A stretch of 41,381 nt of DNA from a virus. Lineage: Duplodnaviria; Caudoviricetes. The stretch covers positions 1 to 41,381 of IMG/VR virus record IMGVR_UViG_3300049982_000339; one strand, written 5' to 3'. The position numbers and the translations under genes are program-made. The notes under the pieces were generated by a model, which worked only from the letters and a program-made list of their open reading frames with translations, made no database searches and was not told the origin of the DNA. Positions within the stretch are counted from its first letter, which is position 1. Every line of letters starts with the position of its first letter. Shown in pieces: positions 9,930-17,995 of the stretch.

Positions 9930-11843
9930 TTATAAAGAATCAGGGTTTAATACAAAAGGGAAGATGATAAGCTGATCACCTGGCTCAAGGCGCCAACCCG
10001 GAATAATTATGTCAAAGTAGCCGCCGGCATAGTTGTAAGCTACATCAGATGTACGCAGGAAGCCTTCAGGCCCTAACTGCGTTGCTTTTATGCGATAATT
10101 AGTTCTGTTAGTCAGCCAATAAGGGGCAGAAACACGTTGTTTATCACCGACAATAGATAAGTGTGTATCACCAAACTCAAAGATGATAGTCCCGTTTACA
10201 AGCTCAATAGGATCTTCAGGTATAGGATCTACAACAGGCACAGCGCTGCCGGCCTCAATTAATAGTTCTGGTATTGTAGGATCTACCTGGTTAGGCTCTT
10301 CCGTATAGACCTCCTCGGTATATTTGGGGTAATATTCAAAAGAGCCAGCGTAGACATTGATGCCATCGGGGGCATCTTTGGCGTTTTTGGTTGAAATGCC
10401 AATGGGAATAAGCTTTCCCTGATCATACAAATAGATGCTGTTTGATGCGAAGAAATCACGGAGCAGCTCAAGGTTGCGTTTGTTTGCCCGGCCATACCCA
10501 TAATTAACGGTGTATTTATCCTGGAAAAAAATGTTCGTCTCAAGGGAATCGCCGGTAAGTGCTGCGGTTCTCTTATCAACGGCCAGTTGAGCATCATCCT
10601 TTGATCTGTCAAATTCAGACTGTCCCTTACCGGTAGTGAAAATGGTTTGGTAGGCTCCCAGTGAGTTCTCGTATACAAAGCATCTTGGCCACTCTTCATA
10701 GTTATAATCGATAACAAACGCATATTCCGCGCTGAGGTAACCAGCTGCGCCTTTAAGCCTGGCGGTATAATATATTGGCGTTTTGCCAATAGCTTGCCGG
10801 CCTGCGATACCCAATTGGGTGTATCCGCATTGAAATTGGTACTTCTGTCCGGGTTCAACAGCAAAGCTGCCGGAAGTTGTAAATGTGGCTGATGTTGCAT
10901 CGGTATTATAAATTACGATCTCGAGTTGCACCTGCAGTATTTCGTCAGTAAGATTTAACCAGGTTAACCAATCGGGCTGCTCTTTCCGGATGAGTTTATT
11001 TTTGCTGCCCTGGCGTAAAAATCTCCAGGTGCTACGGTCGGCCGGGTTTATCTGCAGCTCCGAATAGATATCACGTACTAATGAGGCCTGCATGCCGAGG
11101 CCGCCTTTGTTTATTATAAAAGTATCTGACTGGTAAACCCTCTTAACGGACGGTTGTACACCGTAAAATTGTGCATACTTAAAATACCACGGCCTTATGC
11201 TGGCCATACAGCGTTTAACCAGGGCAGTCAATGACGGGGTATCAAAATCCAGGTAAAAAAATGAGTGCAGCGCCTCATGGATGTCCACACTGGTCAGCCC
11301 GGCGGTAGGCACATCGAGCGGAATATTTGCTGTAAATGCCAGCTCATATCCGGTACCGGCTGCATTTGCAATCCATAACTGCAGGTGATGACGGAAGTTA
11401 GCCTTAGGTGTGTCCCCGGCACCGTGCGTGATCACACCAACCCGGTCAACGACCGAAAAATCAAAATTTTCGCTTTTTGTTTTGGCTGTAAAAATTAAGC
11501 GAGGATTGGCTGCACTGTTGTCGGCGGTTATAATAAAATCTTTATCAAGAAAAAAATTACTTTGAAAGGATGGAAGGATAGATTGTACATAAGGCCAATC
11601 GCCGGCGCCTGCAGGAAACTGCAGGCCGCTATCATCCGGAGCAGCTTTAGCAGCCATAGTAGCCGCGCCAACCACCCATTGCAAGTTTTTAACTTCATCG
11701 ATAACTACTGGCCCCACAAACTCTAAATAGTTTTTTGAGGTGGCCGGCACAACAGCGACAAAGTCATCCGACTGGAGCTTTATCCAAAGCGGATTTTTAC
11801 TGAATGCTATTTTAGGAAGCGCGTTAAGAATGATTGGCGGCAT
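9930..11843 (-). CDS. Putative minor tail/baseplate protein
   Basis: 637 aa, first gene after late promoter copy 2; beta-rich; F.YENSLGAYQT segment. Confidence 0.6.
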   Translation of the reverse strand: MPPIILNALPKIAFSKNPLWIKLQSDDFVAVVPATSKNYLEFVGPVVIDEVKNLQWVVGAATMAAKAAPDDSGLQFPAGAGDWPYVQSILPSFQSNFFLDKDFIITADNSAANPRLIFTAKTKSENFDFSVVDRVGVITHGAGDTPKANFRHHLQLWIANAAGTGYELAFTANIPLDVPTAGLTSVDIHEALHSFFYLDFDTPSLTALVKRCMASIRPWYFKYAQFYGVQPSVKRVYQSDTFIINKGGLGMQASLVRDIYSELQINPADRSTWRFLRQGSKNKLIRKEQPDWLTWLNLTDEILQVQLEIVIYNTDATSATFTTSGSFAVEPGQKYQFQCGYTQLGIAGRQAIGKTPIYYTARLKGAAGYLSAEYAFVIDYNYEEWPRCFVYENSLGAYQTIFTTGKGQSEFDRSKDDAQLAVDKRTAALTGDSLETNIFFQDKYTVNYGYGRANKRNLELLRDFFASNSIYLYDQGKLIPIGISTKNAKDAPDGINVYAGSFEYYPKYTEEVYTEEPNQVDPTIPELLIEAGSAVPVVDPIPEDPIELVNGTIIFEFGDTHLSIVGDKQRVSAPYWLTNRTNYRIKATQLGPEGFLRTSDVAYNYAGGYFDIIIPGWRLEPGDQLIIFPFVLNPDSL

Positions 11844-11884
11844 GACACGAAAGTGCCACGCCGGAGATGTCTATTAAAGGACAG
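11844..11884 (-). promoter_or_regulatory. Late promoter copy 2
   Basis: CTGTCCTTTAATAG...CACTTTCG-TGTC-ATG, 41 nt to ATG. Confidence 0.8.
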
Positions 11885-11897
11885 GTAGATTACTAAG

Positions 11898-12401
11898 CTA
11901 TGAGCGACTTTTAGCCGGTGTTTTTAAACTAAATCCAACCGAGACGCCATAATACTCAAGACAGATCGGCCCGATCTGATCGATGGTGATATCTTCATTT
12001 TTGAACCATACCCTTTTTGATGCATCACCAGGTGCAACGGTAATGATCATTCCTTCGCCAAGATCTTCGAGCATAGATAACAGCAGATCCTCTGCAATAC
12101 TTTCGCAATGCTCCTGGGCATCTTCAATAGATTGCTCATCACCATTATCTACCTTTTCTAAGATGTTAAACCGGCCCTGCAGGAATTTAAAGTTATTGCG
12201 GCTGTTACCGTCGCTTAGTTTGGTAGAATATGGCTCCAGCAACATGGCCGGTGTCTTGGCACTATTTCTAATGGCCTGGTCAAAAGCATCCGGGTTGTAT
12301 TTGTCCCGGACAAAAAAGTATGCCTCTTCCTCATCGGTATGGGCTATTTGCTCGTTACTTATGGCCAGGCCTTTGAAATAATGCTTATAATATTTTAACA
12401 T
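11898..12401 (-). CDS. Putative tail terminator protein
   Basis: 167 aa acidic protein with alpha/beta pattern like gpU/gp17-type terminators; synteny. Confidence 0.5.
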   Translation of the reverse strand: MLKYYKHYFKGLAISNEQIAHTDEEEAYFFVRDKYNPDAFDQAIRNSAKTPAMLLEPYSTKLSDGNSRNNFKFLQGRFNILEKVDNGDEQSIEDAQEHCESIAEDLLLSMLEDLGEGMIITVAPGDASKRVWFKNEDITIDQIGPICLEYYGVSVGFSLKTPAKSRS

Positions 12402-12404
12402 GGC

Positions 12405-13208
12405 TTAGTGGTTATTTTGCTCCAATTCCTTCATCTCTTTTATCCGGGTAGCAAGCCGACTTAAAAAATCATGCAGGAATGTGTTTTTAGTGCTTTCGTG
12501 CGGACCGAAAATATCATTAGATCCCGATTCAATGATCTTTGGCCACGGTGTAAGAATTTTATCTGACTGGCCAGCCGTTTTTTTACCTTCAAAAATATCT
12601 TTAAAGCGTTTATGCAAGTAATGCCGGCATCCCTCATAATTTAAGTAAATGGCCGTTTTTAAAGCTAAAGGCAGCTTCTTAAACCGCTTTGCACGCCTTA
12701 CATAGCCATGCGTGGTAAGCTTTACCCTGATATCCTGATCGATATTCCAATAGCGCTGAGGCCTGTACAAAATAGCGGCTAAGGTGTCCAGGTATTCCGG
12801 ATTCTTGGTGTTGTTAAACTGCTCATAGCAGTACTCCAGCTTGTCAAACTCGCCAACCGTAATATTAGCTAACCGGCTTTTAGGCCCGTAATACTTGAAC
12901 CATCCGCACCATATTGAGGGAATTAGCCAGTTATTCAGCTGATTTTTCTTAAAAAAAAAGTGAACTGTTTCTGCTATGGCGTTTGCATCAGGTTTGGATA
13001 TACACTTATAAAGCCGCACCGGTATACCGTACAAAATAGCGGCGAACACGATCATTGCATTTGCAAAAGTCAACCCTGAGCATAGTGCAGCGCCCCAGGC
13101 CATCAAATGTTGCCTGTTGACCTCGTTCCAGTCAGACGGCGCCGTATGCAGCTGGTCATACTGCACACGGCCGGCTTTGTCATGGATAGTTACCTGTAGC
13201 TTATTCAT
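12405..13208 (-). CDS. Hypothetical late protein, possible tail assembly chaperone
   Basis: 267 aa helical basic ORF between lysis and tail genes. Confidence 0.45.
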   Translation of the reverse strand: MNKLQVTIHDKAGRVQYDQLHTAPSDWNEVNRQHLMAWGAALCSGLTFANAMIVFAAILYGIPVRLYKCISKPDANAIAETVHFFFKKNQLNNWLIPSIWCGWFKYYGPKSRLANITVGEFDKLEYCYEQFNNTKNPEYLDTLAAILYRPQRYWNIDQDIRVKLTTHGYVRRAKRFKKLPLALKTAIYLNYEGCRHYLHKRFKDIFEGKKTAGQSDKILTPWPKIIESGSNDIFGPHESTKNTFLHDFLSRLATRIKEMKELEQNNH

Positions 13209-13210
13209 TT

Positions 13211-13666
13211 TTATGCTGCCGGCTTATACTCTGTTTGATAATACCATTCAGAAACATAAGCGCCATCGCTCCATGTCAGTTTTCCATCGGCAAGAACTTT
13301 TGCAACTAAGATTGATATGCTATGCAAAAATGCCGGCAAGGTTTCAGATTCTATACTTTTCAGCTTTTGTATGCCAGCATAAACTACAGCATCACCGCTA
13401 ACCCCATCTTTCCACGGAATTTCAGCAAGCTTAAGGTTGATGATTATTTTCGGCAACTCAGTACGAAGTAAGTCTTTTAGCTTATCATCAATGTCACCGG
13501 GTATAATGGTTGTGATTACATCGGCGATTGGCGAATCAACAAAATTTTTAATGTTTTCGGTAATTACCACGCCTATATGAATAGCCGTTTTTACATCTGC
13601 AGGTAGTTTTGCAAATAAGGATTTTATTCCAGTCCAAAGTTTTGCTAAAAATGATTTTAAGCTCAT
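13211..13666 (-). CDS. Hypothetical lysis-region protein with amphipathic N-terminus
   Basis: MSLKSFLAKLWTGIKSLFAKLP; ATGA-coupled to the upstream holin-like gene. Confidence 0.6.
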   Translation of the reverse strand: MSLKSFLAKLWTGIKSLFAKLPADVKTAIHIGVVITENIKNFVDSPIADVITTIIPGDIDDKLKDLLRTELPKIIINLKLAEIPWKDGVSGDAVVYAGIQKLKSIESETLPAFLHSISILVAKVLADGKLTWSDGAYVSEWYYQTEYKPAA

Positions 13667-13905
13667 GGTTTTTTGATTTTAATGCGTACGCGAATAGTAT
13701 CGTATAGTTTGATAACCTGAATTACTAATGCCACAAAGGCAATAGCACATGATGCATAGGCACCTAAATTTGAGGCGATCTTTAAATAATTATCATCCGT
13801 TATGAAGTTTTGAAGTTTCAAAATAATACCAGAGATAACGCCGGAGATCATCCCGATCTGTGGCTTTTGGTGCAAATAGTTATACATATATGTGATTGGG
13901 GCCAT
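13663..13905 (-). CDS. Holin-like small membrane protein
   Basis: 80 aa, two hydrophobic segments, basic C-terminus RVRIKIKKP. Confidence 0.55.
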   Translation of the reverse strand: MAPITYMYNYLHQKPQIGMISGVISGIILKLQNFITDDNYLKIASNLGAYASCAIAFVALVIQVIKLYDTIRVRIKIKKP

Positions 13906-13907
13906 GA

Positions 13908-14336
13908 TTACCTGGTTTGTTTTGGAGCCGGATCGGGCGCGGTAGGTCTTTCAATAACTGGCCCGGCCATATCATTTATATTGATTTCCGGATACATCTT
14001 TACAACCTTTGCCCCGGACGCGTCAGTCGAAGCGTCATGATAGGCTTGCTTCAATTCTTTTACCTGGCTAAGTATTTCCGGAATGTGATGCAATAGGCTT
14101 TCGGGGTGATCAATAGCCTCTAAAAGTATGGGAGTATCAACGACAGCAAACTGAGCAAAAAGTGCCAAGGCGCTGCCGGCGCCAGAAACCAGTAAGAATA
14201 CCGAGTCTGAAACTATGCTAAGCTTGGCCAGGTCACTTATAATGGCCACAACTGCCAGGCTAATGATTTGCACAAGTCTCCAAAAAGGAGGCGTTTCTGC
14301 AAGAAAACGTTTGATGAGGTTTAATTTAGAGTCCAT
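13908..14336 (-). CDS. Holin-like membrane protein (start probably the ATG at 14336)
   Basis: RFLAETPPFWRLVQ then two TM-like segments; ATG follows TAATAAA just after the endolysin stop. Confidence 0.6.
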   Translation of the reverse strand: MDSKLNLIKRFLAETPPFWRLVQIISLAVVAIISDLAKLSIVSDSVFLLVSGAGSALALFAQFAVVDTPILLEAIDHPESLLHHIPEILSQVKELKQAYHDASTDASGAKVVKMYPEININDMAGPVIERPTAPDPAPKQTR

Positions 14337-14340
14337 TTTA

Positions 14341-14793
14341 TTAAGGGTTAAGGGGTAAATCATGTATGGTGATATAAACCGGCCTTGCTTTAAGCAGTGC
14401 GGTTAATCTTATAAAAAAGCGATCGAACGTATCGCGAGTATGGCCGATAAAGTCAACAGCCCTTGTGCTACCGGTAAGCAAGCAGCCATCCGTAGCAACA
14501 GCGTCGTTACCCCAATGCATACGGATGCCGTCAAAATCAGGTACCGCAACCAGTAAAGGCATTAGCCTTTTGAATCTATTGCTCCAGGTTATAATCACCT
14601 GGTATCTGCCTGCAGGGATACAGGTTTTGCCATTCACCTTTGCTTCGCCCTTATCTTTAAGGTCGCCATCTCTATTTAGATCCCGGCAAACATCTTCCAG
14701 GATAAAACAGAACCAGGTACCATTGATCAATAGATCGCCGATCGTGCTGTTTTTAGTGTACCATTTACGGTTTAGAGTTAATTCCCAGGTCAT
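14341..14793 (-). CDS. Endolysin candidate, DUF5675-type L,D-peptidase
   Basis: STIG.L...FILED, CIPAGRY, GIRMHWGN...TDGCLL (His/Cys motif). Confidence 0.8.
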   Translation of the reverse strand: MTWELTLNRKWYTKNSTIGDLLINGTWFCFILEDVCRDLNRDGDLKDKGEAKVNGKTCIPAGRYQVIITWSNRFKRLMPLLVAVPDFDGIRMHWGNDAVATDGCLLTGSTRAVDFIGHTRDTFDRFFIRLTALLKARPVYITIHDLPLNP

Positions 14794-15779
14794 ACAAAAT
14801 AAGTTGGAGCTTCAGGATCGTTCATTAAAAAATCTTCAGCGGCTTCCGGCACTATGTATTCGCCAAAGTCAGCGGCATTGGCAGCCAGGTAATCCTCTAA
14901 TTCTGTCAGTTCAGTTTCGCCGGCCGCGAATGCAGCGTTCACAACCGCGCTGATTTGCTGAGGAGATGCAGCTGCTTTGTTTTCTACGTTCTCGGAGTTA
15001 CCATATGCCGGCGAGCTTCCGATCACGATCTGTTTGCCATCCATCTCCACCTGTAAGCCAGGCAGGCCCATTGCGATGGTGTAATTAGCCAGGGCGCGAT
15101 TAATGTTTAATAGCAGCTCTTTTTCCTTAGCATTTAAGGTTTTGGCTAACACCTTGGCTTTTAAAGCCGCGAAAAAAGTATAGCCTAAAACGGGCCGGAT
15201 ATATTTACGCTCGGCCAGGCTTAATGCATCAGATAACTGATAAAATAGATAAGCCGAGTTATTTATTTTCTTGAAGTACCTGGTAAATTCTGTGGCCGAA
15301 TTAATAAAGTATGCCCGGTGCTGCAGGTGCTGATCAGAGGCTTTATAAAGAGCAAAATCAACCTCGTCAATATTTGCCTCCATAAACTCGACCGCCTGTT
15401 CAAGGGCGTTATAACCTGACTCTCTTCGCCCTTTTTTAAACTCAGACATCTTTTTGTCTGACACCGGTTTATTGGTTTCGCTTACGGAAACATAAAATCC
15501 TGAATCGGAAATCCGGAAACTGCCGGAATCTGCAGCAAGTAAAAAAGCCAGGTTCGTGACAGCTTTTTGCAGGAAAAATAAAACCTGCAGCTTTTTACCA
15601 GCTGCTGTGCCGGCGTTGTATTCAGCATGGAGATCGTCATATATTTCCCTGCCGATCCATGGTACCAGGATATCCTGCTCCGCACCATCAATAAATGATT
15701 GCAATGAGGCTATTTTGTAATCTTTATCTACGCTGGACAGATGCAGCTTCAGCTCGGCGGTTAATTTGATTAGTGACAT
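14790..15779 (-). CDS. Putative head-tail adaptor (DUF6712-like)
   Basis: Follows portal; two internally similar halves (AEQDILVPWIG / AERKYIRPVLG). Confidence 0.6.
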   Translation of the reverse strand: MSLIKLTAELKLHLSSVDKDYKIASLQSFIDGAEQDILVPWIGREIYDDLHAEYNAGTAAGKKLQVLFFLQKAVTNLAFLLAADSGSFRISDSGFYVSVSETNKPVSDKKMSEFKKGRRESGYNALEQAVEFMEANIDEVDFALYKASDQHLQHRAYFINSATEFTRYFKKINNSAYLFYQLSDALSLAERKYIRPVLGYTFFAALKAKVLAKTLNAKEKELLLNINRALANYTIAMGLPGLQVEMDGKQIVIGSSPAYGNSENVENKAAASPQQISAVVNAAFAAGETELTELEDYLAANAADFGEYIVPEAAEDFLMNDPEAPTYFV

Positions 15780-15780
15780 T

Positions 15781-17181
15781 TTAGGTAAGCGTCTCCTTTA
15801 CGTTTTGATTGTGACCATTAACGGTTTCCATGATGCTATCGCGGAATCTTAAAGTGAACCCCGGATATTTTGTAAGTACGCCATCATCAAATGCGGCTTT
15901 GAAGTGCAGCGGATCTAACACAATCTGCCGGTAAGTGTCAATCATGGCCAGCATGATATTCCAGGCTAATTGCTTATCACTACCGGAGCCGGCGCCCATA
16001 CCCTTGCCGGTAATCAGCGTGCCAACCAATGTCGGATCAAGGCCGAGCGCACGCATCTTATGCGCACTTGCTTCCTGTGAGTCTTCCAGGAAAGCACCGG
16101 CCTTTGTTTTATCATCAATTACATCGATTTCCCATCCTGGTAGTTTTTCTTTGGTGACTGGATCGTAGCCCACTTCATTAAGAATAGACTTGCCGGTGTT
16201 TTTTACATCGGTAAGCGAAGCGTTGATTTCTTTAAGCTTTGCCTTTTTCTTTTCGTCCTGGGCTTTTTCGGAAAGTTTATCCCAATCCTTATATACGGCA
16301 GGCCAATAATTTGTCGGGATCCTGATCAGATACTTAATTGTCATCTGATTTTTTAGCAAAGCTTTTTTAAATGCCGGTATCTGTGCGGCTATTTCCAACC
16401 ATCCGGATAGGCGCAAGCCATCCCAATGCGCAGCCTGGTAATAGGTCTGCCCAATGGTGGGATAGTTGAGGGGGAATACAAATTTCTTTAGGCTCTTATC
16501 ATTCTTAACCAGGTTAACAATGTCATAATCGTATGGATCTATTGCCGTTATGATGGTGGTTTGCAGCGGATCATCCAGCTTAGCACCCGGCCAGTTCTTA
16601 TTTACAATAAGCTTGCTGAGCTTGCCGTCATCGCCCATCATTGCCCAACGGCAATGCATGGCTTCATTGACTCCTATGTAATTGATCTTCGTGCGGTCGC
16701 GGGATGGGATCATCTCGGGGAACACATTGAAGAAAGTGAACAGATCTATAAAAGCCTCCAGGCAATATTTTCTTGTTTGAGGCGATTTATACCAGGCAGT
16801 GATGGCCGGGTCAATTATCGCTTTATATTTAGGATTGCCATCATCATCAATATCAACTTCATTTAAGCAAACAATTCCCTTGCCGTAAGAGGCCCGAACA
16901 CAAAAGTCAATCAGTGCCTTCATTTCAGCATCAGAAGCCAGTAACTTCTTTATCATGCCCGGGAAGTCATTATCGTCGCCCCAATTGGCAACCTTTATCT
17001 CGGTTGAGTTATTGGTTAAGTTGGTAATGGTACCATTGGTGGGAGCTGCGGCAGGTTGATCGCCCGGTTTGGTTGCAGCGCTGCTGCTTTGCATGGAAAC
17101 GATAATCCCATGCTCAGGCATGTAGGCGATGTTATTCTCAAATAACAGTTCAGGGCCATTTTCAATGATCATATCTTCCAT
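15781..17181 (-). CDS. Portal protein
   Basis: 466 aa after terminase; WGDDNDFP start, NTGKSI and LGLDPTLVG...GSGSD motifs typical of portals. Confidence 0.8.
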   Translation of the reverse strand: MEDMIIENGPELLFENNIAYMPEHGIIVSMQSSSAATKPGDQPAAAPTNGTITNLTNNSTEIKVANWGDDNDFPGMIKKLLASDAEMKALIDFCVRASYGKGIVCLNEVDIDDDGNPKYKAIIDPAITAWYKSPQTRKYCLEAFIDLFTFFNVFPEMIPSRDRTKINYIGVNEAMHCRWAMMGDDGKLSKLIVNKNWPGAKLDDPLQTTIITAIDPYDYDIVNLVKNDKSLKKFVFPLNYPTIGQTYYQAAHWDGLRLSGWLEIAAQIPAFKKALLKNQMTIKYLIRIPTNYWPAVYKDWDKLSEKAQDEKKKAKLKEINASLTDVKNTGKSILNEVGYDPVTKEKLPGWEIDVIDDKTKAGAFLEDSQEASAHKMRALGLDPTLVGTLITGKGMGAGSGSDKQLAWNIMLAMIDTYRQIVLDPLHFKAAFDDGVLTKYPGFTLRFRDSIMETVNGHNQNVKETLT

Positions 17182-17495
17182 CAGATGATTATGGTTTCCC
17201 CGTTAAAATGAGTGATGAGAATATTATGAATAGTAGTCGGCCGGCTTTTCCCAGGGATCATTATGTTCCTGGTACCGTTTAAAAAGTGATTGGCGGGTTT
17301 GGAGCTTTTCTTTTTGCCATAAGGGGCGCCGGCAAGAGTTACATTTTCGAGGGTTTCCCTGCGGCCACCGGTACGGTTGGCAATATTGCAGGTAACACGG
17401 GTAATAGTAAATGGAATAAAATTGCCAGCACTATCGTGCATGGCCATGATGGAAAGCGCATCACGTAAAAAGATAAAGCCCGGCAGTTTTTGCAT
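17181..17495 (-). CDS. Conserved-type small late protein (start revised to the ATG at 17495, 104 aa)
   Basis: ATG 41 nt from late promoter copy 3; stop overlaps the portal ATG; NHFLNGTRN...ITHFNG. Confidence 0.7.
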   Translation of the reverse strand: MQKLPGFIFLRDALSIMAMHDSAGNFIPFTITRVTCNIANRTGGRRETLENVTLAGAPYGKKKSSKPANHFLNGTRNIMIPGKSRPTTIHNILITHFNGETIII

Positions 17496-17536
17496 GCTGT
17501 AAAACTGCACGCGCGGGGCTATCTAATAAAGGACAG
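17496..17536 (-). promoter_or_regulatory. Late promoter copy 3
   Basis: CTGTCCTTTATTAG...CAGTTTTA-CAGC-ATG. Confidence 0.8.
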
Positions 17537-17539
17537 GGA

Positions 17540-17791
17540 ATAAAAGCCCTGGCGTATTCCGCCAAGGCTTCAGGTTGCGCCGGCAACGAAACCGGTAATG
17601 TGGTTCATCACTGAATGAGTGTTTATCCTGGGCTTCTTCAGGCTGCAGCATTACTGCTGCAAGTTTGGCGGGGAATCCACGCACATCCAACAAACCTATT
17701 CGCTTTGCCAGTGCCACAAACGCTCACCATCCCCCAATTCAGATTACTATGGTGCCTTTACGTATATCTATCAGGCGAACTACAACCACAT
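17540..17791 (-). ncRNA. Candidate structured ncRNA of about 250 nt, family not recognised
   Basis: TACTTTTG -7 element at 17792-17799, closing stem ATGTGGTT/AACCACAT, several hairpins including a GTAA tetraloop, 3' terminator. Confidence 0.5.
17542..17570 (-). terminator. Intrinsic terminator
   Basis: AAGCCTTGGCG-GAATA-CGCCAGGGCTT-TTATT, one G-U pair on the minus strand. Confidence 0.7.
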
Positions 17792-17940
17792 CAAAAGTAA
17801 AAAAAACACTCACCGAAACGAAAAATTAACTAAAACGTTAAAAATCTGCCATTTATCGCAAAAATATATTTTTCAAAACTTCAACTCACAGCTTTATGCA
17901 CGACATGCACTATCGAAAAAGGGGGCTGCCCACAAAGGGG

Positions 17941-17969
17941 AAAGCCCGATATCTGACGATTCGGGCTTT
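17941..17969. terminator. Hairpin downstream of terminase large subunit
   Basis: AAAGCCCGA-N11-TCGGGCTTT. Confidence 0.5.
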
Positions 17970-17995
17970 GACTTTAATAATTCGATTTGACTTTA

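Noticed and set aside
12951-12959. T9 run in the putative tail chaperone as a programmed frameshift site
   Set aside because: The ORF is already continuous, and the ORF track shows no long alternative minus-strand frame here
17615-17645. Hammerhead ribozyme suggested by CTGAAGA
   Set aside because: No stem II followed by GAAA can be built
17598-17791. Retron msr-msd suggested by terminal inverted repeats
   Set aside because: No reverse transcriptase in the window
17523-17990. ORFs 17523..17717, 17615..17800 and 17619..17990 as proteins
   Set aside because: Weak starts, overlap with promoter, terminator and hairpin elements, no recognisable motifs
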